Source: Fimicolochytrium jonesii (Eukaryota). Taken from it: DNA of 64,000 nucleotides. The translations under genes and the position numbers were made by a program. The notes below the pieces were generated by a model, which saw only the letters and a program-made list of their open reading frames with translations, was not told the origin of the DNA and searched no databases. Positions 37,775-52,687 of this stretch are shown piece after piece. The stretch covers positions 248,001-312,000 of the forward strand of contig NW_026515678.1 in the NCBI RefSeq assembly GCF_025526975.1. Reading direction: 5' to 3'. The stretch's first letter is position 1. Each line of letters starts with the position of its first letter.

Positions 37775-38463
37775 CTACCTAATCCTGCTAGGATCCCAAC
37801 AGAACTTCACCACCCCCTCCTCCCCCACAACCCCATCCAATACCTGCACATCCTCCCAATCCAAAGCAACATCCACAGCCCCCAGATTCTCACGCATGCG
37901 TGCCAATGAGGTCGATTTCGGTATCACGCCCCATGAGTGGACCAGGGCCCACGCGAGGAGGAGTTGGGCGGGTGTTGGTGAGGGGGTGTGATTGTGGGCG
38001 AGGGTGGTGAGGAGGGTGTGTAGGTGGGTTATTGAGACTCTTGTTGCTGGTGTTGGGGTTTCTGGGATTGTTGTTGATATTGTGGGTGATGTGTCAAGGG
38101 ACTGTGGAGGTGGGGGAGGGATGAGGTTGCCTTCACCCAGACTAGAATATGCTTGCACAAAGATGTCGTTGGCGGCGCAGAAGTCGAGGAGGGGGCGTTG
38201 GAAAGGGTAGATGAGTGGGTGTAGTTCGAACTGTAGCGGGATACGATGTAAGCATTGTCATTTCTGGCATGAGAGAGGTGGGTGTTCACTCTCGCACGCG
38301 GAGCGCATACCTGATTCACATGCGGCAGCTCCAGCTGCTCTTCCTCACCCTCCTTTATCGCCACCAACTCCGCCAAATGCCCCACCGTGAAGTTACTAAC
38401 ACCAATAGCCTTCGCGAGGGGCATTTGGATGCCGTTGCGGAGGGTTGTTGTTGGGAAGAGCAT
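37775..38463 (-). pseudogene. Aldo-keto reductase with large in-frame N-terminal deletion
   Basis: MLFPTTTLRNGIQMP is joined directly to LAKAIGVSNF; then VNQ|FELHP, QAYSSLG, PAQLLLAWAL..VIPKSTS..RMREN. Confidence 0.8.
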
Positions 38464-38866
38464 ACTGCCTGTGCTTCCAGCTGTGGGGCCGTTCTGCTCT
38501 TGGCTGGGATTGGAGACCAGAAGGCAGGTGTGAAAAACGCGTTCTTTCGCAAGCCGCACGGCGCTCACAGAGAGCACACAGAGAGACGGCAACTGCCAAC
38601 GAGTAGCAACGAACAGCGGCTCACACAGCACAGGAGCGTCGCTTGTTTGTTCTGCGGTCCAAGCATACGGCACTAGAGGACCACCACAGGTCATAGAAGT
38701 CAGCGGAATACTCACACTCCAGGTGTCAATTGGAGGTGTGACGTTCTGGTGGGAATGGGGAACTCCTTTTGATAGCGGCGCCGACACTCCACCCTGGTCA
38801 AGGAAATTCGTCCTTCAACGACCCGAAACATAGTCAAACTCTCTGTGATCACCTCCGCCATCCACC

Positions 38867-39963
38867 ATGCCCGTCGCACCCAGCGCCGCGCGCTACACCC
38901 CCCTCCACAAACCCACCCCCTGGGCCGGTCGTCTCCCCCGCCCACTGCGTCCCCTCTATAAACTCCTCCTCATTCTCTCCCGGCTCCTCTACCGCTACCG
39001 CCTCCCCTTCGCTCTCCTGCTCACCATCCCGCCCACCCTCATCTCCCTCCTCCTCCTCGCCTCCGCCAACACGCCCGCGCTGGTCCCCGCCGCCATCCGC
39101 GAAGCGCACCGCCCGCTGCTGGTTGTCGCGCACCCCGACGACGAGTGTTTGTTCTTTTCGCCGGCGGTGCTGGGCGCGATCAAGGCGGGAAGCAAACCGG
39201 TGGATGCGGCGATTCTGGTGTTGTCGAATGGCGGGAACTATGGGATTGGGGATGTGAGGGCGGGGGAGCTGAGGGGGAGCTGTGCGGAGTTGGGGGTGAG
39301 GGAGGAGAGGTGTACGGTTATGGATCTTGCGTGAGTATCGTACAACCGGCGATCTTGAGTGTTGTGGAGGGCGTGAATGGGCGATGAGCGGGATTAGCAC
39401 ATTTGGAATGTTTGGCTGATGACGGCGTAAATCTATTTGCAGAGAGTTAAAAGACAACCCCCGCGAATGGTGGCCAGCAGAAAAGGTCGCCGAAGTCGTC
39501 AAGAAGCACGCAGAGGAAGTTCAAGCCGACGTCGTAAGTTTCCCTCCTCTCTCCTTTTCCCAACGCCAACTCACACCCTCCTCCCTCACAGATAATAACG
39601 TTCGACTCCGGCGGCGTCTCAGGCCACCTCAACCACCGCTCCGTGCACCGGGGCCTCCAGCACCTCACCCGTTCCTACCCCGCCACAACCCCGCCCATCT
39701 TCTCCTCCACCACCGTCTTCCTCCTGCGGAAATACTCCTCCATCTGGGACGTCACCCTCACCGCCCTCCCCTTCCTGCCTAACCTGATCTTCAGCCCTCA
39801 CAGCGAGAACGAGGACCGAGCCCTGTTTTTCGCGACGTGGAGTGATTATCGGGCGGCCAGGCGCGCGTTTGGGAAGCATGCGAGTCAGATGAGCTGGGAT
39901 AGACATGTTTATATGGTGTTGAGTCGGTATATGATGATGAATGATCTGAGGCGGGTCAGGTAG
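38867..39963 (+). CDS. GPI12: N-acetylglucosaminyl-phosphatidylinositol de-N-acetylase (PIG-L/Gpi12)
   Basis: LLVVAHPDDECLFFSP, LSNGGNYGIGDVRAGEL, ITFDSGGVSGHLNH, LLRKYS, AFGKHASQMSWDRHVYMVLSRYMMMNDL. Confidence 0.95.
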
Positions 39964-40074
39964 TAGGGTGGATGGGCTGGACCTCGTTCCCTGATTTTAC
40001 ACAGCCCCAATCACGATGCGATATCTTATTTACGAGCGTCAATGCGTTTCATGACTTATATCCACGATGTCTCG

Positions 40075-41200
40075 CTATGCACTACCGGGCTTGGTACTCG
40101 CCATCATCGCGCGAAATCGGTCCGCGTCAAATACCTTTGACGGCATCGGTGCCGACTGGGTGCTTGTTGTGCCTCCCCTACTCCCCACCGTCCGCTCCCC
40201 ACCACCACCCCTCCTCCTCCCCGCCCACCACCTCCTGTAAACCCCCGCCCACGCCGGCACATAAAACCCCACCCAATCCATCACCTCCTGCCGCATCCCC
40301 GCCTCCGTCCACGCCGTCTGCCACCCCCTCACCCCCATATGCATCACCATCAACCTGAAGTAGGCCGTGAAGGTCGTTGCTATGGGGCGGTAGGTCATGC
40401 TGCGGGGGTCGAAGAACGCGATGTGTGGGGGTGGCGTGCGGTGCGGGGAACTGATATCACCACTGGTGCTTTCCGCTGCGGGGAAAACGAGACAGGTGGA
40501 GCCGTACTCTTCGCAGTGCTGGATGAGGAAGGCCGCCCCGCCTTTGGGTGAGGGGGGTGGGATCGTCCCCTGTTTAGCGAAGCCCGTGGTGGGGGTGGGT
40601 TTGCGAGTCCCGTCCAGCCGCGTCCAGTGCCGAAGGGGGAGGATTTCCAATACGCCCACCGTGATCTCCTTCGCTTTCCGCCCCGCGGTGAGCTCGCCTC
40701 CACGCCCGTCCCCCCCAACACCCCACTCGATCCTGAGCCCATCCGCGACCGCAAAGAACCGGCGCACGTCGTCGGGGAGGCGGTACGGCGCGTTCAGTTT
40801 CGTCCAGGCTGTGAGGTCGATGTCTGAGGTGGGTGGGGGAGCGGTTGTGTGGAGCCTTGTGAGGAGGGGGAGGGTGCGGAGGTAGGGGAGGAGGTTGGAG
40901 GTCAGGAGGGATGTTGGTGAGGGGTTGGGGTGGCGTTTCGGTGTTGTGGCGGCGTGAGCGTGCGATGGTGCATGTGATGAGGGTGGGGGTGGGTGTGGGG
41001 TGAGATTGGACGTAGATGCGGGTTCGGTGGGTTTAGACTTGGATTTGGAAGTGGTAGACTTCTTTGCGTCGCCGTCGTCCTCGTCGTCGTCGGAGGCGGG
41101 AGAGAGGAAGGAGCCGCATTCTGTGCAGAGGTATCGTGATTTGATGCTGTTGTAAGAAGCCCCCGATATGGTCTTTTTTTCAGTTTCGATGTTCCGCACA
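40075..41200 (-). CDS. TPGS2: Tubulin polyglutamylase complex subunit 2-like (5' end uncertain)
   Basis: WTKLNAPYRLPDDVRRFFAVADGLRIEW and IATTFTAYFRLMVMHMGVRGWQTAWTEAGM..VMDW match TPGS2 (SMI1/KNR4-like) motifs. Confidence 0.8.
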
Positions 41201-41668
41201 CATTCAATCCAAGACAGGAAATGCCTGCGTACGTTCCAAATCCTGAGAAATCAACCTGGAATGTACAATGGCGCCGTGATTAGGGAGTGATGTTGCCAGG
41301 GGGTATAGTGCCGCATTCCACGACATAGCGGCATACCTTCGCGCTTTCCGCCGCCTGCCCCGCGGCAGCTTCTCGACAGGATGGGCTGTGGGCCCAAATA
41401 ACGTTAGATTTGAGGCATCTGCTTCTGAGAACTGAGACGGGATGGACGGGCAGACCTACCAGTAGCGTCTGGACATGGTGCCGAAGCCGGAAGGCGCATG
41501 TGCCGTCTGGGCGGAGTTGTGCAGTCTCACGCGTCTGGGAGAGCGAAGTGTGAGAAACGCGTCCCTTTTCGGACAACGCCCCGACTGCTCCTCACTAAAC
41601 AGAGGGTCAGCAGCACTCCAACTGGCTGCCTCACAGGCCCAACTACCTCGCATATACAGCTCGACCGC

Positions 41669-43220
41669 ATGAGTCTAGTCGACTACCCAAGCTCCTCCGA
41701 CTCCGACTCCGAGGCTGGGTCCGACTCTAACTCTCATTCCGAAAACAAACGCGCGCGGGAGGAGGAGAATGGGGAGGAGAAAGGGCCTGAGGAACACGCA
41801 GGGAAGCGGCCGGTATGTTCAAGGAACGGTGGTTGAGAGCGGGTCAGCGCTGAGTGTGTTGGGATGTGGCCTGTGAGTAGGCAAGGCCGTGGGCCTGGAT
41901 TGGCTCGAGTACTTGGCGATGCGGTGTGCTACGTCCGGGGTGAACCACTCACTGTGCGGGCAAGAAAAGGAAGACAGCACGACCACGGCGTATTGATTAT
42001 GCTGGATGGTTAGGAGCACATGGAAAAGTCGCTCTCCGAAGACTTCAACCTCACCTATCCGCTCAACGGTATATATATATACTAACGAAAGAAACCCACT
42101 ATCTTCAACACCCTCCCGTTCATGTTCGGATACGCCGCTCCTCATACTCGACGTTGCACGACAGGACAGGCCAGAAATACGTCCATAACTAGCTCCACCA
42201 CTGATCTCCGCACCCCGGCCAACATCGACACCCCGCCGCCCCCAGCGCCGTTAGCCCGCATCCGCACCACCCCACACATCGAAGGCAACTGGGCAACCTT
42301 CGTCTATTTCGCAAGTACGTCCCTGCACCTCCCTCCCTCCCTCGACCCTTTCCCCTTCCCCTTTGCTCCCCCTTCCTCCCCGCGCCCCCCTTCCCTCTCA
42401 CCCCTCTTCTCTCTCCCCCAGTCAACCCAACCCCAACCCTCGTCGAAACAATCACCTCAATCCTCCACACCGCAACCACCCACATCCCAACCTTGCAAGC
42501 CATCCCCCTCCTCGACAACAACGACGGCGGCGCCCCCCATTACCACGTCAGCCTGTCGCGCACGTTTTTTCTGAAGGTGTTTCAGATTGAGCGGTTTGTG
42601 GAGGTGTTGAGAGGGAGGGTTAGGGGGGGTAGGAGGTAGGTTTGGGTTTTCTGTTCGAGAGGATGGAGGGGAATGCTGATTCGGGAATGGGATTTAAGGT
42701 TTACGATTGGGGTTTCGAGGATCAGTACGTATACGAATGATGACCGTACCCGCTCGTTCTTGGGGTTGGATGTTGGGGTTGGGTTTCGTGAGGTAACGAG
42801 AACTTTGTGTGTCGCACCGTCACCCTTTCCAACAAGTTGACTAATACAGCTGGGGGGTTTCCATCGACAGCTGCAGGTCATGACACGCCAAGTCGACGAT
42901 GCGGTACGACAGTTCAGCAAACAGACGTATCACGAGGTAACACCCACACATCAGCCGTGTCTCATCTCTCATTTGGTATGTGTATTACAACCAACGTACA
43001 TTCCGCAAAACAGACCCCAGCATTCCACGCCTCCATCGCATGGGCACCTGTTCCTCCATCCTCTTCGTCTTCAACACAACAACCACAATCACAATTGAGC
43101 GTCGAAACAACAACACATTTGAAGAGTTTCGAACGCGCACTCGCACTGGAACGTTTCCTCGTCAAAGCGGTGGTGTGTAGGGCTGGGAATCGCGTTTATG
43201 AGGTGCCGTTGGACGGGTGA
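41669..43220 (+). CDS. USB1: U6 snRNA phosphodiesterase Usb1/Mpn1
   Basis: MSLVDYPSSSDS, RIRTTPHIEGNWATFVY, two 2H motifs YHVSLSRT and FHASIAW, YTNDDRTRSFLGL, CRAGNRVYEVPL. Confidence 0.93.
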
Positions 43221-43589
43221 TATATCCCTTGTCGAGATGTGCAATCTTGTGCGTGTGTCGGGAGGGCGGGGCGGGCGGAATGCAGGCAGAGGTAATGCCC
43301 CGGGTGTCGGGCGGCTGCATCCCTCAGAGATGCGGTAGGAACCGCCCAGTCGTCTCGTCATCAATATCCTCATCCTTCCGCGCAGGTTTCCATCCCTCCC
43401 GGCGGGTGCTGTCCGTAGTCTTCTGCAGTCAAGCAGGAACAGAACTACTACGCTAGAATGCCCCTATATACCCTGTGCCTATATACGAATAGACTTGGCC
43501 TAGATAACCCCGCTGTGTCCCGTATTCATGCAGACGTCCAGATCAGCAAAGAGACAACCGGATACGTGTGCGTGATGTTGGAAGGCGTT

Positions 43590-44895
43590 TCAAGCGCTCA
43601 GGCCGCCGTCGACGACTAGACACTACGAGACAAAGATCAACGATGAGGTGAGTACATTATCCATCACCCCCCGTGCCTTTCCTTGGTGGATTTCGGATGG
43701 GAGTAGGTGATGCAGGATTCTTACCTGCCCAGTAACGAACCGCGCGCGGGCGAGGTAGAGGGCCGCGTCGGCTATATCCTGCGGAGAGGAACAAGTAGAT
43801 GGCACAGGTCAGTACGTCCATGCGTACCTTTCCCCGATGGCCCGGGAAGTGCGCCTACGCAGTTTTGATAGCAATCCTCCACCCCGTGTTTATACCTCGG
43901 GCGCCCCAAACCGCCCCAACGCAGTCGCAGCGATGTACTCGTCGCGTTTTTTGCCCTGGATCGCTACACGAAGACAAACATGGGGGTGCGGGGGTCAATT
44001 ACAGGGAGTTCTCCATTGGTTGAATGAGATGACATGGAGACTTACCCTGTGTCATGTCCGTGTCGATGTACCCCGGCGCGATGGCGTTGACGCGGATGTT
44101 GCGTGGGCCGAGTTCGCGGGACAGTGCGCGGGTGAAGCCTGTTGGGGATTCGGCAGGGTGAGAGGTAGGGGTAGGAACGCCCCATCCGAAGATGATGGAT
44201 TTGAGAGTAGACGTACCTATGAGACCGGCTTTAGACGCGGCGTAAACGCTCTGCCCGGCGTTCCCTTTGATGCCTGCCACTGAGGCGATGTTGATTATGG
44301 AGCCTACATTGATGTCCACCGTCTCTTTAGCTGCTCCCCATCCTTTGCTTCCCTTGAACGCACACACATACGATACGAAAAAAACACACACCTTCCCTCC
44401 TCCGAATCATCCCCCTCGCAACAAGCCTGGCCATCAAGATCGACGCAGTGAGATTGGTCGCGAGCACCGACTCGACGTGCGCGGCGGTTGCTGTCGCTAG
44501 CAGCGCGTCGGTTGCGATACCTGCGGCGTTTACGAGGACGGATATGTTGGTGGTTGCTGTAGAGAGGTGCTGGTGTGGGTGTTTCGTCAGGTTGTTTTGC
44601 CGTGGAAGCTGGCGCTCGCCGTCTCCCATTCACTCCGACTCGACCAACACACCTTCCCAACCGCCTCAATCTCTGCCACACTGCCCAAATCCGCGGCTAT
44701 AGTCTGCACTCGGCTGTTGCAATCGCCCCCGCCTTCGTTCAGCAAGGCTGCTCTGGCGTTTTCTAGGCGGTGAGAGTCGCGGGCGACGAGGATGAGGTTG
44801 TGGGTTGGCAGGAAGGCGCGTGCGATGGCGAGACCTATTCCGCGCGAACCGCCGGTTATGAGGGCGTGCGGCAGGGTGGACGTTGAAGGTGGCAT
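43590..44895 (-). CDS. Short-chain dehydrogenase/reductase, 3-oxoacyl-ACP reductase (FabG/CBR4/OAR1-like)
   Basis: [74 protein letters not shown]. Confidence 0.92.
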
Positions 44896-45246
44896 GTGGA
44901 CAGAGAGAGAGAGAGGCCAGTGGATATGCCGCCTGTTCGCTGGGAGAGGAGGGGGGAGGGGGTGTTCCGTCTCTCGCTTCGTCGAACCGGAAGGGGAAAG
45001 TCCGAAAGCACACCTCACGCGTCACTTTTCCCCTCCGACGGTCTCCCTCAGGGCTAAGCTTAAACCGGGCCTGAAGGGGTCTGCTGAAGGGAAAGGACAT
45101 AACAATATGCAAAGCGGGCAGGCAAAAGGCAATGGCCTCGGAGCGGGGGTGTCCGGGCCGGAAGAGTATGGGTGACAGCGGAAGGAAAAAAGAACCGGCC
45201 CGCCCATTTCAGAGCCGCACCCACCCGCCATTACCGTCCTCTCAAA

Positions 45247-48200
45247 ATGCTCGAACGCCAAACAACCCTCTCCCTCGTCGACATTGCCTCCACAATCGAG
45301 CTCCAACCCGACGGCCGGCTCTCCCTCACCAGCTTCCACAACACCCCCGCGGCATGGGCGACCGAGGAACGCGCCATACGCGGCGGTGGGGGCCAGGTTC
45401 CGTCCGACTCTTATAGCGAGCTGTTTCAGCCGGCGCCCGATGAGTCGCCGCTTCAGCAGCAGCAGCAGTCGAGGACGGGGTCGAGGATAGAGGTCGAGAG
45501 GGTGCCGTTCATGAATGTCGTGATTCAGATTGTAGGGAGTAGAGGGGATGTTCAGCCGTTTTTGGCACTTGCAAAGGCCTTGCAGGATTATGGACATAGG
45601 TAGGGCGACGAGGGGAGCCTTCGCGAGCGGTAGTAAGCGACTGCGACGAGCGAAGGCGAGCGCGAGCGGAGCGAGCCACATTGCGCCAAAGGCGCAAGAT
45701 TCCGCTAATCACGGCTCTTCGCGAGCCTCAGTGAGTGTCAGATCTTTTGCGAGCGAAGCGAGCACCAGATTGCGCCAAAGCACAATACTCCCTCACCCAT
45801 GCGTTCGTAGATGGTGGTCGATCGTTTAAATTCGGTGGTCGATGGTTGATGGTAGATGATTTGATGGCTGATGGATGTTGAGATCTTCATACCAGGATCT
45901 CCAACCTCTCTCTCTCCTCTCTAATCTTACAGAGTCCGGATAGCAACGCACGAGACCTTCCGGACGTGGATCCGGCGCAACGCGGTCGAGTTCTACCCGA
46001 TCGGCGGGGACCCTGCAGAGCTGATGGCGTTCATGGTCGAGAACAAGGGCGTCATCCCGACCTATGCGTCTGTCGCAAAGGGAGATGTCGGCAAGAAAAG
46101 GAAGATGATTAGGGAGATACTGCAGGGGGCTTGGAGGAGTTGTGTGTTGCCTGATGATGAGACTGGTGGGTACGCGCAGGGAGAGGCAGAGCGTAAAGGG
46201 GCGAGAAGGGCCCGAGCGGGACAGAGGAGGTGTGAGGAAACAGAGAAGTGGCACTGACTTCTACCGCGGCACGTCCACCCAGGCGTACCGTTCCAAGCAT
46301 CCGTTATCATCGCCAACCCACCATCGTTCGGCCACATCCACTGCGCCGAGAAGCTCGGAATTCCCCTCCATATGTCCTGTAGGTGCTCTCACCGACCCAC
46401 TTACCCCACACATGGTCTCACTCCCCCATCCCTCAGTCACAATGCCCTGGCTCCCCACGATCTCCTTCCCCCACCCCCTCACCAACATCGACCACAGCAA
46501 AACAGTCAGCAAGCTCCTCAACAAGATGAGCTATGGCATCGTCGAAACCCTCACCTGGCTCGGCGTCGGCGACGTCGTCAACGAGTTCAGGGTGTTCAGT
46601 CTCGACCTGAGACCCATGAGCGTGCAGCAGGGCACGCAGACTGTGCAGGAGTTAAAGGTGCCGTGGAGTTTTTGTTGGAGCCCGAGCTTGATTCCGAAAC
46701 CGGTCGATTGGGGGCCACATATCGGTAACTGTCTGGTCTTCCATCTTTTTCATTTCGGGGTTGGGTTTCAGGGGGGGCGCTGACTCCACCCCCACCATGT
46801 TTGATTTTTCCGTCAGATATCACAGGCTTCTACTTCCTCGACCAAGCAACCACCTACACGCCCCCCGCCGATCTCCAGAACTTCCTCGCATCCGGCCCAC
46901 CGCCCATCTACATCGGCTTCGGCAGCATCACCGGCCACGACCCCGTGAAATTCACAAACACGATCCTCAAGGCCGTCAAGCTCGCCAACGTGCGCGCTAT
47001 CATCTCCAAGGGGTGGATGGGGATGGGCGATGGTGGTGCGGGTATAGCGAAGACGGTGGGCACTGAGGATCCACCGCCAGATCCGAATGTGTTTTTCATT
47101 GGGGATTGCCCGCATGACTGGCTGTTCAAGCATGTGGCGGCTGTGTGTCATCATGGCGGGGCGGGGACGTTGAGTGCCGGGTTGAGGTATGGCAGGCCGA
47201 CGATTGTGGTGCCGTTTTTTGGGGATCAGTTTTTCTGGGGGGCTATGGTTTATCGGGTGAGTTCAGTAATCGAGAGAGACGGCGAGGACGGAAAGAGAAA
47301 GATGATTGCGGGGACATGCCGAATGGGTTAGGGAGTGGACACGTTGGCTGATTCTCCCCTCCTCACAGATGAAAGCCGGCCCCCTCCCCCTCCCCGCCGT
47401 CACACTCACCCCCGCCGCCCTCGCCAACGCCATCACGGCGGCGCTAACCCCCGAAACCCGCCGCATCGCGCAACGCATCTCGGAAGAAATGTCCCAGGAA
47501 GACGGCATCCAAGCCGGCGTCACCTCCTTCCACCGCTCGCTCCCCCTCCCCCACCTCCACTCCGACCTCAACGCCACCCACGCGGCAGCGTACAAGATCC
47601 CCAAAATGAAACTCAAAGTCTCCCGCCCCGTCGCGCAGGTGCTCGTCTGCGCGGGGCTGATCACCGAACGCGATCTGAGGGTGTTGAGGACCCAGAAATG
47701 GTTTGTCCCGCACGACCACGACGGGATCCCCGGCACCGCGGCGGTCCGTGTGCTCGGCAACGCGGTGCGGGTCGTTGTCTCCTACCCCGTGCTCCGTGTT
47801 CGGCAGGTCCGGGACCGCGGCGGGGGCCGCGTGCGGGAGGCGGTCGCGGCGGTGCTTGGGGTCCTTCTCGCGCTCCTCCGATGGGTGTTTGTCCCCTTCG
47901 AGGTCGTGTACCACACCTTCAACGAGATCGCGGACGCCGTCACCAGTCTCCCGCGGCTGTACGACCATACCTTCACGCCGCGCCCGACACCCCCGATAAA
48001 CGATCTGCCCGCCGGGCTGCGCGAGGGGTGCAAACATGTGTATTTGGGTCTCGCGGACGGTGTGGCGGATTTCTTCCACAAACCAGCGATCTACGCCGGA
48101 CGCCACGGATGCATCCTCGGCGCGCCGCTGGGCGTCTGCGTCGGCGTGCTCAACCTCGCCGTCATCCCCACCGGCGGGCTGCTGCAGGGGATAGGGTGCT

Positions 48201-48757
48201 GGGCCAAAGGCGCCGTTCGCCAGGTCCTGCGTCCCACATTCGTCAAAAGCGTGCCCGAAGGCGCGCTGGGTGTCGAGCCACCGCCCAGAATCACCCACAC
48301 GGATGGGCGGAGTTGGACGTTTAGGAGTCGAGGTGGCGGGCCGGGCGGGTTGGCGGGGTTGGGGACTGCGTGGGTTGAGAATGCGGCGGCTGCGGCGGGG
48401 TTGGAGCCGGGGGAGTGTAGGAACATTGTGGGGCGGTATAGGATGATGGTGGAGAGGAAGAAGCAGGCGACGTGGTGGAGGCGGTTGGTGCCGAGGAGGA
48501 GGGAGGGCTGGGTCAGGTATGTTGAGGGGTGTGTTGTCCTGGCCCCACTTTCTCTCAGAAAAACTCACCGAGAATGCCGGACCCCCTTGCAGACAAACAC
48601 AGGTGGCGCCCGTGTGAACTCCCCCCCGACTCGCTCGCTTGCCACCACCCTGCACAATCATATTCTGGACCGTCGCACATCATCCCCCGTATGCTTCGCA
48701 ACGCTTAATGTACAAAGTTTCTGTATCAACAAATTAGCTTCTCCTGCATTGAATTGA
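45247..48757 (+). CDS. Sterol 3-beta-glucosyltransferase-like (GT1/GT28-N) with C-terminal extension; ends uncertain
   Basis: [90 protein letters not shown]. Confidence 0.92.
45617..45797 (+). repeat. Intronic GCGAGC-rich repeat family, copy A (in intron 45600-45932)
   Basis: Shares GCCTTCGCGAGCG, GGAGCGAGCC..TTGCGCCAAAGGCGCAA and GAGTGTC.GATCTTTT..CGAGCGAAGCGAGC with copy B. Confidence 0.8.
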
Positions 48758-50249
48758 TATCGTTTCTGGCCCTTCCCTCTGGCCTCTGGTGAGGTTTCAT
48801 CCCTCTGGCCTTCCCCTTTCGTTCTTGCATTGAAGTGGAGGTGCGAAGACCGTTCGGACAGAATCGGACATCACGCGTCCGTCCTTGCTTTTGACGCGCG
48901 TCAGTTACGCGTTTCCCCGAACGACCCCCGCCCAAAACAAAAAACAAATCCTCAGACAACCCAGACCGTCCCCCAACGCCTCCTCCCGAGCCCCGCCCGT
49001 ATTTCACGGATCTGAGGTCAGAATTTCCACAAAAGTCCATGTCCAGTGCCCAACCAACAGGCGAACCCGGGAGGTACAGTACGTGGGTGACAAATCAAAC
49101 CATCCGTGACGATCAAACCTGCGGGCAACCTATCCCCTCCTCGTGACGCGCTGCGTCGGGGGGAGTCTCAGTCTCACCGCGCCCGCCCAATGCTAAACGT
49201 GCGGAACATCGACACGTACGAAGACAAGGTCCGACGGGAACAAGTTGCCCACCACACGCAGCAAGCAGTGCGTTGAATGCGTACGCCGGTGAGGTTTCTG
49301 CAAGTAGCGATGCCCCCCGCGCGCGTTACGTCAGCACCGCACGCGAAATACCGCACCTTCCGGAAACCCGGGGGGCTGATTTCGTCGGCCCGGGGGCTCC
49401 GTCCGCTATCCTGACCTCACAACCGACATCGGGGGTTCCGAACCCTGTGATCGTCGCCCGCTCGCATCCACGACCCCCGCCGGTTTTCCAATACGCCTGC
49501 TTTACCGCGTCGGTTCGGCTCCCAGCGATCGGCGGCAGCGTGAGGAACCCCCGTCGTGAGCGAGAGCGAAATAGAATAGCGCAACGACGGTTGGCGCAAC
49601 CTACCCGGTGCCCGAAATCACAGTCCGAGCTGGATATGTATCCTCGGGCGGTGTATTACATTATACTTGTCGATTTGCTGCATGTTCGCATTTGCATCCT
49701 GTCGTTTCTTTCAGCCAAAGGAGGAGCTGTTACAGGTGTTCCGCGGGTAGAGGACTCGGACTCCCGGAAATGAAAAGGCCATTGCAGGCCCTACGTAATC
49801 GTACGCTCGTTGGCGTACGTGTTTCGCTTACATATCCAAACAGTGGATGTGCTGATAACGCGTCTGTCACAAAGCAGAAGTTTTCACGCGTCCACTCGGG
49901 ATAGCGACCAAGAGCAGTGGAGAGTTTGAGCCGAAATAGGTGTGAACTATGGTGGCCGTTGTGCTTCGGAGGCTGCATTCTAACCATCCCACTGAAGGCA
50001 AATCGGAGGGCTCGAATTCAGGAACGGAGAGGAGCATAAGAAGAGTCCGTATTTGCTGTTCATTAAATAGACGGGTAAACAAAAGGGAAGTCCACCACAC
50101 AACCACAACCAAAGTTTAAAAAACAAAAGGGCAGTCAAAGGAAAAGTTCACACGAACACAGAAGAGTCAACCCCAGGTCCGGTCCTCGGACAAAAAACGC
50201 ACTAGTCGTCCGCACTCTCAAGTCCCATGGTCCATTCCGCCCCCAACCC

Positions 50250-52044
<1,795 letters not shown>

Positions 52045-52687
52045 GGTTGCAAAGTGTTGTCGTTGGTGGGTTGTGCGTGGGAAAAGATGGAGGTGGTGTT
52101 GGAGTCGACCTGGAGATGTGTTTTGCAGAGCACAGAGCACAAGCAGGCAGTTTGCGGCCGCCCGTTGTGTGTCCTGCGCGCGCAGCCTGTTACAGTACTA
52201 GGCCCTTCTGCGCGTCCCTCCACCTCACGGTTAGGCGGAATGCGCGCATCACCGGGCCGCGAGCATTAGCCGCCTGTTTAGAATCCGCCCCTTTCTCCAT
52301 GCTGCAATGCCTAATCAGATCACCCCCGCAGACGTCTGTCCGGATGCGCTTTCCATCATTAGTGACCTCCGCTGTTTCCCACCCACTAGTAACGAGATAC
52401 TAGAGAGACGTCGACCTCGCCCTTGGTTAGACCAACCTGTCAGTGCTGCTTTCGGCCGGCGCTGCTCCTGTATACATATCATAGCAACCACGACGGTGCT
52501 GCTCGTATCTGTAACCTAGTCTATCGAGTCACCCATAGAGAGACGTCCCTCCGTCGTCCCAAACTTTACTGCGTAGAACTTGGACCTTCGAGACAATTCT
52601 CTACCTGGGAATCCCAGAACCATCGCTTTCTAGAATTCAGTTTCCGCTGTAGCCTGCTGCCGAGGAGCCTCAAGAAACTTGGATAGG

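Noticed and set aside
41813..42167. Long first intron of USB1 as a fourth copy of the intronic element
   Set aside because: Similar length, but none of the shared motifs was found on either strand.
45617..45797. Intronic element as a hammerhead ribozyme or box C/D snoRNA
   Set aside because: No conserved CUGANGA/GAAA core or terminal C/D boxes shared among the three copies.
47335..48661. 329-aa and 405-aa Arg/Pro-rich ORFs
   Set aside because: Alternative frames of the glucosyltransferase exon.
48800..50240. Possible structured ncRNA in the GC-rich gap between convergent genes
   Set aside because: No tRNA, snRNA, SRP or RNase P/MRP signature recognised by eye; an Rfam scan would be needed.
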